Source: a virus (taxonomy: Duplodnaviria > Heunggongvirae > Uroviricota > Caudoviricetes). Taken from it: 64,000 bases of DNA. The notes under the pieces were generated by a model that worked only from the letters and a program-made list of their open reading frames with translations, was not told where the DNA came from and made no database searches. Below are positions 1 through 11,800 of the stretch, piece after piece. Numbering within the stretch: the stretch's first letter is position 1; each line of letters opens with the position of its first letter. Location of the stretch: the IMG/VR virus record IMGVR_UViG_3300025735_000005; one strand, given 5' to 3'. The position numbers were made by a program, and so were the translations under genes.

Positions 1-1630
1 TTACAAATCTTGACTGCAAATCGACATACCCAGCACTGCCTGTTGCTATCGTCAAACCCGTATTTACATCAGTCATGGTGATAGTCATATTATCATCACC
101 AGCAAAGTATAACGAGTAATTACCTGCTTCAGACGACTCAACAGGGAGTAACCACTCAAGGTGTGCTGCAGTAGTACCACTACCAGACCAAACACCGTAC
201 TTATTTAGATGCCTTCCGCCAGATTCCGAGTCTTTCCATCCGCCAACACCAAGTGGATATCTCTTACCGCCAATACCTCTAAAATACGATGTATTGTATT
301 TTGACGGCCAAGACACGCTATCTTCTTTAAAGCCTTCATTTTCATTATGAAAACGAACTTGCACATGATTATATTTTGACTGTGCATCAGGCCACGTAAT
401 ATCTATGCTTTCGCCTAAAACTAGATCATCGTCAGTGATAGTACCTGCTACTACCAAATCTTCATTTGTGTTAGGGTACTGTAAACTCAATCGATATTTA
501 CCACCAGACCACACAAGCCTGGCATCGCCCATTGATGATAGAATACTTTCGATATTTTCTCTAATAGCCTTAGAGGTATCAATAATCAAATTGCATTCAT
601 ATAGAGGTATGTTACGACTAGTTATGTTAAACAGCCCGTCAGTGCTACGCCAAAATTTACCACCAACTGTTACATTCTCTTGAACGATAGTCCGGCAGAT
701 GGCATCAGCCTTTTCAAAACTATCTAGATCGATTTCATCTATAGAAACACCCTTGCCGTTTTCAGTATCTAACAAGTAATCAAGAAGACAAAGCGCTGGA
801 CTATTGTCGTAGCGGTACTTTGTAGGATCATCCTTGTACGATGCCGTAGTGCTGAGTTGGCCATTAGACACCCAACGTACTAAGCGGCCTTCAATCAAAG
901 ACTGTACACCAGGTGTACCGCTGAACTGCGGATTATCACGGTCTAGCCTAAAGACTGCAGATAGATATGCAATACCTGTGAAAAACGCATCAGAGCGTTC
1001 CCCGAAATTAGCAGCGCATATACTATCAACCTTACTGCCATTAAAGTGATAATCTAACCGTAGAGCTGCCTTGATGCCTGTATATTTATCTCTATTAGCT
1101 GTCTCTTCGATAACACCATAAGAGCCTAATGTTGGATCATTTAAATAACGCCCATTATCAATAATAACATCATGAACATTACTAATAGGACCAGCGCAGA
1201 GTGCTTGCTGATAGAATAGGAAATCGTTCTGTCCACCAACAAGGTTCGCAGTAAGATATCCGCTAGCCTGCCGACCGACAACATAGGAAGCAGTTTGAGT
1301 AGCTCCTAGTAGTGCTGACCAGATACGAAAGATTGCTGAGTATTGATTGTATCCAGCAGTGCCTGTCAGAAAACTCTTGTCACTGTTTGGTGTGGTATAT
1401 GTGAAGTTACCTGACGTGCTGTGCCAAGTTCTAGTACCACCAATAAGGGCTCGACCATACACAATTGGCAGGTATTCAGCATTACCTTCAGTTACAACTT
1501 CAAAACCTTTACGAGCATCTGCCGCTTTCAGAGCTTCTTCGCGCATTTTCTTCGCTTGTACGATAGAATACGCAGTTACAGCCGCTGTTAGAACAAAAGA
1601 AGCGATAGCAATAATCAGCTCAACGCCCAT
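1..1630 (-). CDS. Partial CDS (N-terminal ~543 aa; C-terminus beyond left edge): tail tip / host-specificity protein, lambda gpJ-like
   Basis: Minus-strand ATG at 1628-1630 (overlapping stop of upstream gene: TTAATGG) opens a reading frame with no stop down to position 1; translation MGVELIIAIASFVLTAAV...PALCLLDYLLDTENGKGVSIDEIDLDSFEKADAIC resembles the conserved region of lambda J (..MAWCLWDMLTHPRYGMG..). Position after TMP and two minor tail genes fits. Not in ORF track because it lacks a stop in-window. Confidence 0.5.
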   Translation of the reverse strand, partial: MGVELIIAIASFVLTAAVTAYSIVQAKKMREEALKAADARKGFEVVTEGNAEYLPIVYGRALIGGTRTWHSTSGNFTYTTPNSDKSFLTGTAGYNQYSAIFRIWSALLGATQTASYVVGRQASGYLTANLVGGQNDFLFYQQALCAGPISNVHDVIIDNGRYLNDPTLGSYGVIEETANRDKYTGIKAALRLDYHFNGSKVDSICAANFGERSDAFFTGIAYLSAVFRLDRDNPQFSGTPGVQSLIEGRLVRWVSNGQLSTTASYKDDPTKYRYDNSPALCLLDYLLDTENGKGVSIDEIDLDSFEKADAICRTIVQENVTVGGKFWRSTDGLFNITSRNIPLYECNLIIDTSKAIRENIESILSSMGDARLVWSGGKYRLSLQYPNTNEDLVVAGTITDDDLVLGESIDITWPDAQSKYNHVQVRFHNENEGFKEDSVSWPSKYNTSYFRGIGGKRYPLGVGGWKDSESGGRHLNKYGVWSGSGTTAAHLEWLLPVESSEAGNYSLYFAGDDNMTITMTDVNTGLTIATGSAGYVDLQSRFV

Positions 1631-2220
1631 TAAATGCGTCCCCACTTGTATGTAAGAGATCCAGAACCAGTATAGATAGCGTCGCAAGAGCCGTCATTAG
1701 AATCTCTAGCTCTAATATATTCACGGCTAAGAAAGATACCTTTGCTCATGTCCAGACTGATCATAGGTGAAGCACATGCAATTACAAAACTACTGTCTCC
1801 TAGTTCATTGGTATCAATTGCTGCGGAAGGACCATCAATCTGACCTCTATACACCACCAGTGTGTCATTCATATCTGAAACCAACGGCAATCCGGTATCT
1901 GGATCAACAAAACCTAGACGGATTTCAACGAGTTTGCCGATCATACCATATTCTGCTTCAATAGCATTTAAAAAATCAGGATCAGCAACAGTAATTTTAT
2001 ATTGCTCACGGTCGACAGTTGTGGTCATTTGCGGCGGATCAACAGATACAATAAAGTCGTCAGAAATATAGCTGACATTATTACCTGCTGTAAATGAATT
2101 ATAAAATGTGGTAGAGGCTCTGTATAGAGAACCATCCCCGTTAAGTATATGCAAAAAGAAGAAAGCTTCTGCCTTTCCTAATGCAATGATTTGTCTAACT
2201 TTACTACTAAAGAGTATCAT
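1630..2220 (-). CDS. minor tail protein (distal tail/tip assembly)
   Basis: 196-aa ORF immediately downstream of TMP module, start/stop coupled with neighbours (ATGA overlaps); no recognisable catalytic motif. Confidence 0.35.
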   Translation of the reverse strand: MILFSSKVRQIIALGKAEAFFFLHILNGDGSLYRASTTFYNSFTAGNNVSYISDDFIVSVDPPQMTTTVDREQYKITVADPDFLNAIEAEYGMIGKLVEIRLGFVDPDTGLPLVSDMNDTLVVYRGQIDGPSAAIDTNELGDSSFVIACASPMISLDMSKGIFLSREYIRARDSNDGSCDAIYTGSGSLTYKWGRI

Positions 2221-2813
2221 TACAGCCTCTCAATAAGCTTAATAGAGCCGAGGTCCATTAGAATACCATCATCGAATACCATACCCATTACAGTATCGGT
2301 ATCATAAAGACAATTCATAATGACATCGTCGCGATGTGTAAAAGACGTATTTGACACGGCAGTACGCAAAGTAGGATATATACCCACATTGCCGATTCCT
2401 GTTAGATCTGTCGTAGTCATGTACACCTTTGAATGATTAGAGAACCTAATAAAAGTACCTTTAACAATCCGACCTGCATTGCCAGTGACGGCGAGGGAAC
2501 TTGCCCCCGCCGCACCAGTTGCTAGAGGAGTGCTAGTAGAGGTACGCCCTTTAATAACACCAATGTTCTGAGGAACGATAATTGTAACCGCTTCTGAGTA
2601 CCCATGGGTAATCAAGTTCACGAATAGATCCTGTGCACCGCCAGACAAAGGCTCGAGGCGGGTTTCTAATTCCCACCTCTGAGCCGGACGACGGCTTACA
2701 GCCCTCTTCAAGGACAAGGTATCCGATACGAAGACGGGACTATTTGACTTCAGAGTCATAGGTACGACGAACTGAGCGATAACAACACCGTTTTCGTAGA
2801 TACCGTAAGCCAT
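2220..2813 (-). CDS. minor tail protein (distal tail/tip assembly)
   Basis: 197-aa ORF directly after tape measure gene with 1-nt stop/start overlap; position analogous to lambda M/L. Confidence 0.35.
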   Translation of the reverse strand: MAYGIYENGVVIAQFVVPMTLKSNSPVFVSDTLSLKRAVSRRPAQRWELETRLEPLSGGAQDLFVNLITHGYSEAVTIIVPQNIGVIKGRTSTSTPLATGAAGASSLAVTGNAGRIVKGTFIRFSNHSKVYMTTTDLTGIGNVGIYPTLRTAVSNTSFTHRDDVIMNCLYDTDTVMGMVFDDGILMDLGSIKLIERL

Positions 2814-5800
2814 TACTTTATTCCTTTCTCCTTGTTATGTGCATTAACGCCTGCTGCGATCTCTGGCAGCATTTCATAGACAGTCCTCTTGGTTTGCTTA
2901 GTTACATCCCCGGTGATTCCAAGGTTGATCTCAGTTTTACCAGATGTATTAGCTTTAGGCATTTTCTTCTCATCAATAGTAGATGTAGTAGGCACTGCAA
3001 TAATAGAACCGATAGATGAAGAACCTACAATACCACCATCAGCAAACTTAGGAAGTTTATCTTCGTTAATTGCTACAAGCAACTTACGATACTTCCTAGC
3101 TTGTTTAGCTTTAATAATATGTTCATCATTTGAGACTGCGGCAAGGATACTGTCAGAACGGTCGGAGCCTTTGCCAGAAATCTTACCAGTAGTAGAGATC
3201 TGACCGCCATCAGCAAAGAAACCAGCAATCAAGCTACCGAATAGACCGCCGGCAAGCGAGCCAAGGCCAGCAGCACCACTCGCACCCAATCCGCTAAAGG
3301 CGCCCGAAATACCCTTTGAGAGAGAGTCAGTACCTTTGCTAAGAGCATCGCCAATACCGCCAGAAAGAGCATCTGCACCAGTTCCCAAGGTATCACCAAT
3401 GGTACTAGCCCCTGAATCCAAACTGCCAAGGACATCCTTACCTAGAAGATCGCCGCCTTTCTTAAACAGACCAACGCCACTCCCAGCATCTAACGTAGGA
3501 AGTGAATTACCAATATTAAGAGAGCTGGCAAATCCACCAACATCAGGCACTACTGTATTCTTATCGCCACCTCCGAACAAACCGGAGAAAAGGCCATTAT
3601 TAATACCATCGCTGCCTTTACCAAATAGGCCACCTATTGCAGAGCCTATTCCACCTCCGCTAGAGCCACCGCCAAATACAGATCGAATGCCATTTGTGAT
3701 GACACCATTTTCACCAGTGATCGGCGCCGTAATAGCGCTAGTAGCTTGATGCAGGATATCTTGCGCAAGACCATCAAAGATTGTAGAGAAGAAATTACCC
3801 TTACCGCTAAAAGCGTTGAACAGTGCATCCTGGAAATTCTTATCCAGAGATTGCGCAAATTGTTCACCCATTTGACGGAAGTTATCACCTGCATGCACAA
3901 CACGATCCGTAAAACGTTCCATGCTACCTTGTGCAATTTGCAGTGATTTTGCGAGTTTAGAAGTATCTTCCCCAGCGGTATCGGCTTGTAGAATTGCTTC
4001 ATTCAAGCCATCAATACGCTTCTGGTATTGCTCTAGTGTTTGTAACTGAGCTGGCGTGAAGAGATCAAGTGTTTTACGATCAATACCACTAGCAGCAAGC
4101 GCATCCTTGCGGTTACCTCCATACTGTCTAGTGAAAGTAGAACTCTTCTTTGCTTGGTCGATAAGATCATAGACTTGAGAGTAACCACGCTCTAGTGGCG
4201 TATTCTTTGTCTTAATACCATCAACAACAATCGGAGGCGCCTCTGTGGAATCCACCATTGGTGCATTGCGCAAGGCAATATGCCAATTCTTACCGCCATT
4301 CTTTGCTGTAGACTTTCGGCTCTCGTCAATAGCCTCAGCAACCGAGTAACCAGCATCTTTAAATTTCTTTACGAAATCTTTGAAGGTTATCCCAGCCATC
4401 GGCTTGACATCAACAGCGGATACACCGGCTTCCGTGCCAGGAACATGATAAGAGCGATGATGTGTACCATCAGCATACAACTGGTCGTTACGTGCTTGCG
4501 TTCTGGAAAGACCATTTACACGTGCGTTAGGAAACAATCCTGTTACAATACCCTTTAGCTCTGTATCAGAGAATGCTTTTCCAGTTGCTACAGGAGGCGT
4601 GGCAAATCTATCAACGGCGCTGCTAAATCTATCAACGGCGCTTTCAAATGGTGTAGCATCAAACTTAGTCTTAAATTCCTTTTCGAATTCAGTCCTAAAG
4701 CGAGACATCACGTCATTTTGATTAGAACCATTGAAGCTGTTAATAATATCTACTAGAGGCTTAGTTAGATTAGGCAATTCTTGAGCACGATCTAGAGCAT
4801 CGAGATTAATAGCGCTCTGAGTGACAGACTGACGCTGTTCTGGAGAGAACCTGCGGAACTGCTGTTCTGTTACACCATAATCAGGAATGATATCTTTAAT
4901 TTTCTTAAAGGCACTACGAGCACCGCGAATAAAAGCATCATCGATAGACTGCGCCATATCATTAAACAGCGAGATATATTCACCTTGTTGTTTAATCTCT
5001 CGCAGCCAGCCGAAGGAAGCTTTACCTTGAGCAGCCAGCTTAGCCATTTGGGCTTTAATAACACCAGCGGCAGAACTGATGTATGCAGCAAACTGTTCAC
5101 CAAAGAGATCTGTATTAAACAGTTCAAGATTGGTACCAAATATCGAGTTAATACGCTCAGCGTATTTATCCATCGAATTGGTAGAGTCTTCAAGGAGTTT
5201 TGCACGCTCACGCTCGAGCTTATTCAACTGAGCCATCTTTGCAACATAATCTTCAAGATTAGTTACATCATCAGCTTCAAGACGCTTAAGTTGGATACGC
5301 TTGTCAAGCTCTACCAGCTGCTTTAGCTTATTTGTAGCGATAGCTTCAATAGAGACTTGATCACCGACTCCGCTACGAGACAGAGATTCACCAAGTGCCT
5401 TACCAGTTTTATCAAAAGAATCTACCAGCTTTTCACGCATACTGGCCAACAAGTCAGCCTTCTGCTGCAATAGCGCGGAGACATCTTGAGTAGGCGTAGC
5501 ATTCTTAAGCTGCTTTTCAATACCATGAATTTGAGAGGCAATAGACTGCAATGAAGATCTAGATGTCTGCGAAAGACGCGAAAATCCCATATCAGAGATT
5601 TCAACGCCAGCTTCATTTACATCAGCCAGAAGTTCCTTAAAGCCATAGCGATCTTTAACTTCCTTCTTAGGTGCTTGCCCAAGTTCATTGACACGTTCTC
5701 CAATTGCATCCAATCGGATCTTAGCAGCGTCTAGACGGGCAATCTCTGCAGGCGTAACCCCAGTAATACCGCCCTTACCATCATAACTGATGCGACTTTC

Positions 5801-8800
5801 AATACTAGCAGCATCAGCGGCGAGCTTTGCGCGCTCAGAGCCTAGCTTTGACACCTCTCCTGCGTTACGCTTAAGTGCTCTTGCGTTTGCGCCCAGCCCT
5901 GCTGTTTCATTAATTAAACGAGCTCGCAGTGTGGCCGGTATGGCACCAGCGCCGGCAATTTGTGAAGTAAGTACATTATCAGCTTCAGCCCTAGTGGCTG
6001 CCACATTAGCTGCAGCCTTGCGCAACTGTTCTAGAGCAGTTTTTGCACGAGCAGGACCATCGGTATCACCGATATGATCCATTGCAACACGAACGTCCTT
6101 AGATGCCTTATCCACATCCTTAAGTTCATCAGCCAGCGCTTGGATTTGGTCCGTCGGCAGGTTAATGTAGTCCGTCATATCTAGCGAAGGCACTTGAATC
6201 TTTTGGAGGGCGTTGTTAATCCCGTCAAAGCTCATATCACTAGGTTGCAGCGCACGCATCTTCGTTTCAGCTTCAGATACAGCATCTGCAATTTTCTTAA
6301 GCTGATCTGGTGTAGCATCCGATGGAGCTTTATCCAACTCAGTCTTAAGACGCAGGTACTCAGCAGAAGCTTTGCCGAATTCTACGGCAGCCTTTGAACC
6401 ACTAATTGCAAAATTACGAAGCAATCCTTCATTCGCGCCGTCGCCTAGTGCGCCTGCTTGCTGCGTTATCTTACTACCCAGCAGCATACGGTCAGCAATC
6501 TGCTTATTAAACTCATCAGCAGCTTCCGTTGCACTCTTCATCCATTGTTGTGCAATACGACGTGCAGTGAAGTCAGAAGCAGCAACAGCTTTTTCAGAGT
6601 CCGTAGTAGGATTCAGTCTGGCGTTCGCCTTGTTGAACTGATCTGAATACTTCTTAAAAGCTTCTACATCAGATTTACCTCCAAAGAACTTTTCACCCTT
6701 AGTTCCGAAGTCAGTACCCAGAGCTTTAGTCTTAGTGGTAAAGTCTGCAAGAGAATCATTGAAGGCCTTTACATCTGCGTTCTTTTGCCCAAGAACACCA
6801 AGAGCATCCGAGATACGGCGGTATGCAACTTCAACCTTTGCAAGATGCTGAAGCTCAGCACGACGGCGTGCTTCAAAATCGTCCTTGCCTTCGCCAAAAC
6901 GTTGGCCATCACGATTTGTAGCTGCCACAGTACGAACCGACTGGTCATACTCTGCCCTGGCGTTGTTAAATACACCTTGTTGCTTAGGAGACAGAAAAGC
7001 AAAATTCTTAACAGCCTTTGCTGTAAATTGCTTTTCCCACTCATTGTACATCTTGGTGTCGTTAACAGAAGTATCCTGCGCTCGCGCCCGTACAGCATCA
7101 AAAGCACCTTGTGCCTTATTACCTACAGCACGACCTGCACGACCAAGCCAACTATTAGAAATGTAGTCGCCGACTTTATTTAGAGCATGCGCAATAGCGT
7201 TCTTTACGTAGTCTGAAGCAGTGTAGATACCTGGCAGCGCTTTCTTCTCCCACCAGTCGCCAATACTAGTGAAGACATTCTTGATGTCTTTCCACATATT
7301 AGAGAGCCAGATGGTAAAACCGGTACCGTCACCTTTACCAAAGATAAAACGTCCAAGGTTGCCCGTAAGCGACGTATCTGGCTTAGCGCGATCAGCTGCA
7401 TTAATTGCAATCGTATCGCCGATATTTCTTGCAGTAGCCCCCGGCCTGAGAGGATATCTAGCCAACATTTCAGAAGAATCTTGCTGCAGCTTTGCAAAAC
7501 GACGCTTTTGTTCGTCATTGAGCTTACCGCCTTGAGACATAGCTTCGTCATTGAGCTGAGAAATCGTATCAGTAATGGTCTGTAGGTAGTTCTGAAGTGC
7601 AGCCTGCTGGCCGTCGGAAACTTGACTCAGATCAATATTCTTCAATTGATCTCTAATGTCAAATTTCTGTCCAGCAACATCCTTTACACCAAAATCTTTA
7701 GCCAGCTTTGCTGCCTTACCGGCGCCGCTCTTTGCGTCCATACCAAAGAAGCCGAGGATGTTATCGCCCAACCATTTGATGTTATCAGTGAACGACTCGA
7801 AAGGTCCAAAGAACCCTGCGATAAGGCCGGTAGCGATAGTCACCGCGCCAACCAAAGCAATGATCTCTGGTCCCAACGCAAGACCAAAGAAACCCAACAC
7901 AGCTGTCAGACCACGTGCCAGCAGTCCGGCAGCGCTGCCTAGTATTCTAGCAGCAAAGCCTGCACCCCGGAAAGCAGCTCCGACCGGTCTGAAAATACGC
8001 GCAAGAATACCTGCTTCTCTCGCTGCGCCTGAGACGCCACCAATCAGAATAGGCCCGGTACCACCAGAGATAGCACGAGCGCCAGCACCCATACCAACAG
8101 CACTACGCAGTGTAACGATAGCCTTGTCGATAATAATAGTCGCGCTTGCCCTACGAGAACCCAGCAGGGTGCCGAAGAACGTAGAAAAGCCTGCCTTCAA
8201 ACCTTCGCCAGCTTGCCTCGTCTGATTAAAACGATCCTTAGCATTGCTGAGAGAGTCCGTCAGGCTGGTTTCGCCCGACATCAGCTTTCCAATACGGTCA
8301 TTCCACCAGCTAGCGCTAAATACAGTAGCCTTTGACAGATCTTGCAGTCTGCTGGCAAAACCACGGATATTAAGTGTTACGGCGTCCCACGCTGCCTTTG
8401 TAGCAGCCTGATCAACACCAGAGCGAAGTTCTTGCTCCTTACTGTTGAGCTTCTCCTTAATACCCTTATTAAGCATTGCGCTGTAAGTACCACGTGATGC
8501 GGTGCCAAACTGTTCCATCCGCTGAGCTTTAGACAGCTTGTCAAAGTCCCAAAGCTTGGTTTGGCGCTTCTCATTAAGACTATCTTTGTAATTCTGCAGC
8601 TCACCGCCGATTGCATCATTAACAAAGTCTTTCTTAGTGCTTCTGAAGGTCTTAAAAGCTTGCACAGACTTTTGAACTGCTTTAAAGGCAGCGGCCAAGG
8701 CAAGCGTAGAAACTACAACGCCGCCAATATTACCGCCAAGATCCGTGAAAGCCTGCCCTGCACCAGTAGCTGCATTTGCAGTACTAGCTAGGCCGACAAT

Positions 8801-11800
8801 CAAAGCTCCGGCTGCAGCCAGCAGAAACAGCTTATTCTGCAAAAGTGAAGAAAGACCGCTCAATATTGGTGAAATGGCACTAAAGAAGCCAGAAATACCC
8901 GAGCGCAGCCCGCTAAAGATTTGTGCAGAAAACGAGAGCAACACAGTCTTCAAATTAGAAGTAGCGCCCTTGATTGTCCTGATAGCAGCGCTGCTAGCCT
9001 TTGTAACGCCGTCCTTAAGCTTCTTTCCGAAATCACCAAGGCTGGTGTTAGGAGAGATTTGAAGCTTAGATACACCTTCGCGTAGACTTTTGAAGGAGTC
9101 TATAAAGTTAGTATCTGACTGCGGTTGCTGAGGACCATTAGCGCCGACCACACTGCTCTTAAACAACGTGCTCTTAAGGTCCAACTCACCATTTGCGTAA
9201 CGTTCACGATTAGCAGCGATATTGCGAAACATATTTGCAAAATCATCGCCAATAGCTGCCAAGGCAGTAGCAATAGGGCCACGCTGTTGGTTTGCCACGC
9301 GCCTAAAGAGAAGAATAGGGCTAGACAACCATGTAGAAACACGCGCAGTCCAACCAGCAGGAAGCACAACAGACGCGGCATCTTTCGCCAGTTTGCCTAG
9401 CACGCCCGCAAGTAGATTGCTACCCATAACGGTAAGATCTCGCAGCAGGCGAGCGCCGCCGTCTTTACCAAACATCGCAATCGCAATGAAAGGCAGAGAG
9501 GCTTCTACAGCTTCCACCATTCCAAACGCATCAGTCAGACCTAGCGACAGGATGCCAGCGGCAATAGCCGCAAACTTAGGCTCATCAATCAGATTCTTAG
9601 CAAGGCTGCTGGTAAACTTAACACGAGAGAGTTGCCCCAAAATAGGGCCACTGTAACCTTCAAGCAGTGCCGGAGCAATACCAGGTTTACGCCTCTTACC
9701 TTCTTTACCGTTACCAAACAGCGTCGTGTAGATATCAGAAAACTTCTTCCCCGAAAACTTGCTATATGCAATCGTAATTGCTGCAAGTGCTCCGATTACA
9801 CTATTAGAGAAGATCGGGATAAGATTGCTTACAACATTCAGAGGCCCTTCCATAAATGGCAGAGCATCCAGGAAGATGCCACGAAGCATTGCAGGGATTG
9901 CGTGGCCGATAAGAGCGACACCTTCCATCGCACTCGCGAGCAACTTCTTAATAAACTCATTTGCGACTACGCCAGCAGCTTGCCCAATAGCTGGAGCTGC
10001 ATTAGTCAATGCTCCACCAGTTGCTGAGTCTACAATAGACATCAGGTAGGAAGCAGCGAAGAATTTAATCGGAGTACTCTTAGAGCGAAGCAACACGAAC
10101 GAAGCATACAATACGGAGCCAAAAGAAGACGCTAGATTCTTAGCAGTATTACCCCAATCGATGTCTTGGATAGTCAGCTTAAGGCTACGGAAGGTGCCAC
10201 CGAAGCGTTGGCCAAATCCTTCGATTTTCTTGTATACGCTTTCAAATGCTGATTTTACAAGATCACCAAACTTTTCGATAGCTGACTGCGAATGGAATAG
10301 GTTCTTCGTGTAAGCATTAACGTCATCGATCGTGTCCGGCCAGAAGGAGTGTCCAACAACTTCATCCCAGATATTGTAGAAAACGTCTTTGATCGTCTTC
10401 CCAAAGTTAGAAACAATACGTTCCACCTTGGCAAGTCCACCACTGGCATAAGATTCAACCGTACGGATCATATTGATGAAGCTTTGCAGCCCATCACGCG
10501 CAGACGCCTTCAAACTATCAAAGATAGCACTGTAATCTACCTGCTGAAGTTGATGCACCAGCTCTGAGCCGACACCAGCAAACACCCCGACCAGAAAGGC
10601 AGGCAGAGTCTTGGCAACACCAACTAGGATGCTAACAATAGTCTTGCCGATCTTAGTGCCTATATCATCGGCGTTTGCCACATTATTGAGCAGTTTTCGG
10701 GCCACTGTAGCGAGTGTCTTAAGCGCTCCAATAACGCCATTAACCAGAGCTTCTCCCAACGCCTTGCCTGTTTCAAAGCTAAAAGCTGAAGAGAAGATAT
10801 CTCGGATGGTCTTGAGGCCAATGTAGACATTTACAGCGGCCTTGTATGCAAAATTACTGAGATCTGGCAGAACAAGATCATTGAATGCTCGCTTGGCCAT
10901 ATCACCAATGAGACGCATATACTCAATAACGCGATCAAATCGGGTGTCTCGAATACGAACAAGTTTGTTGTCCATCAAGCCTAGCTGGATTAGCACATCC
11001 TGCAGAGGCCACACAGTAAACTCTTTAACCAGTCGTTCTTTTTCACGGATCAGGTACTGCACACGATCAATACGGATCAGGTGCCCATCAAAGGTATTAT
11101 TAAGCCTAGTAAGGTTGTCGGCGAATTCCGAAATATCTTTAGACTTAAAAAGGCTGACCAAAGCTCTAGGCGCAAAGTTATCTCCAAGGAAACCTACAGA
11201 CAGCGTTTCTTTAAGGCCTTCTAGTCCACGATTAAGCGGAAGAAGAGCTTTATATACAAATGTATCAGCATCATGCGCAGTCTTCGCAACGGTTGCACCG
11301 AAACTATCGCGGAAACGAACCATAGGTGCAATGATGACAGGCATACTACGCGCAATATTGCGAGCAATCAACTCCACGCTACGCGTCATCTGCACAGCAG
11401 AATCAGTGAGCGCTTCTACAGTCTTACGCGTGTCGCCTAGATCAAAGAATCCTCGATTGTCTTCCTTAGTAGGCTTCTTGATACGGCTGAACAGTCGTTG
11501 AATGATATTCTGTGGAACATCGATTTGATCTTGCGTCTTGAACAATTCGCGGATTTTATTCACCGCGTCCTTGGTCTGTGCCCGCATTTGGCTACGCAGC
11601 GACAAGGGATTGAAATCAAGGGCTAGCTGCCACTTAAGCCTAAACGAACGGAAGGCATCAAGTGACCTGATGTAATTGTCGAAAGCGCGCTGCGTAGTTG
11701 CAAGGCGGATAATGATCTTATCAGCACCAAAGCCTACATCATCTGCAATAGACGAAAATACCTTACCTAGAGACTGAGACGCGCCGAGGTAGGTATTGAT

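Noticed and set aside
3336-11501. Many 60-220-aa plus-strand ORFs inside the tape measure gene (e.g. 7656..8225, 10842..11501)
   Set aside because: All lie within the 9.9-kb minus-strand TMP ORF; Pro/Ala/Ser/Arg-rich low-complexity translations typical of antisense frames.
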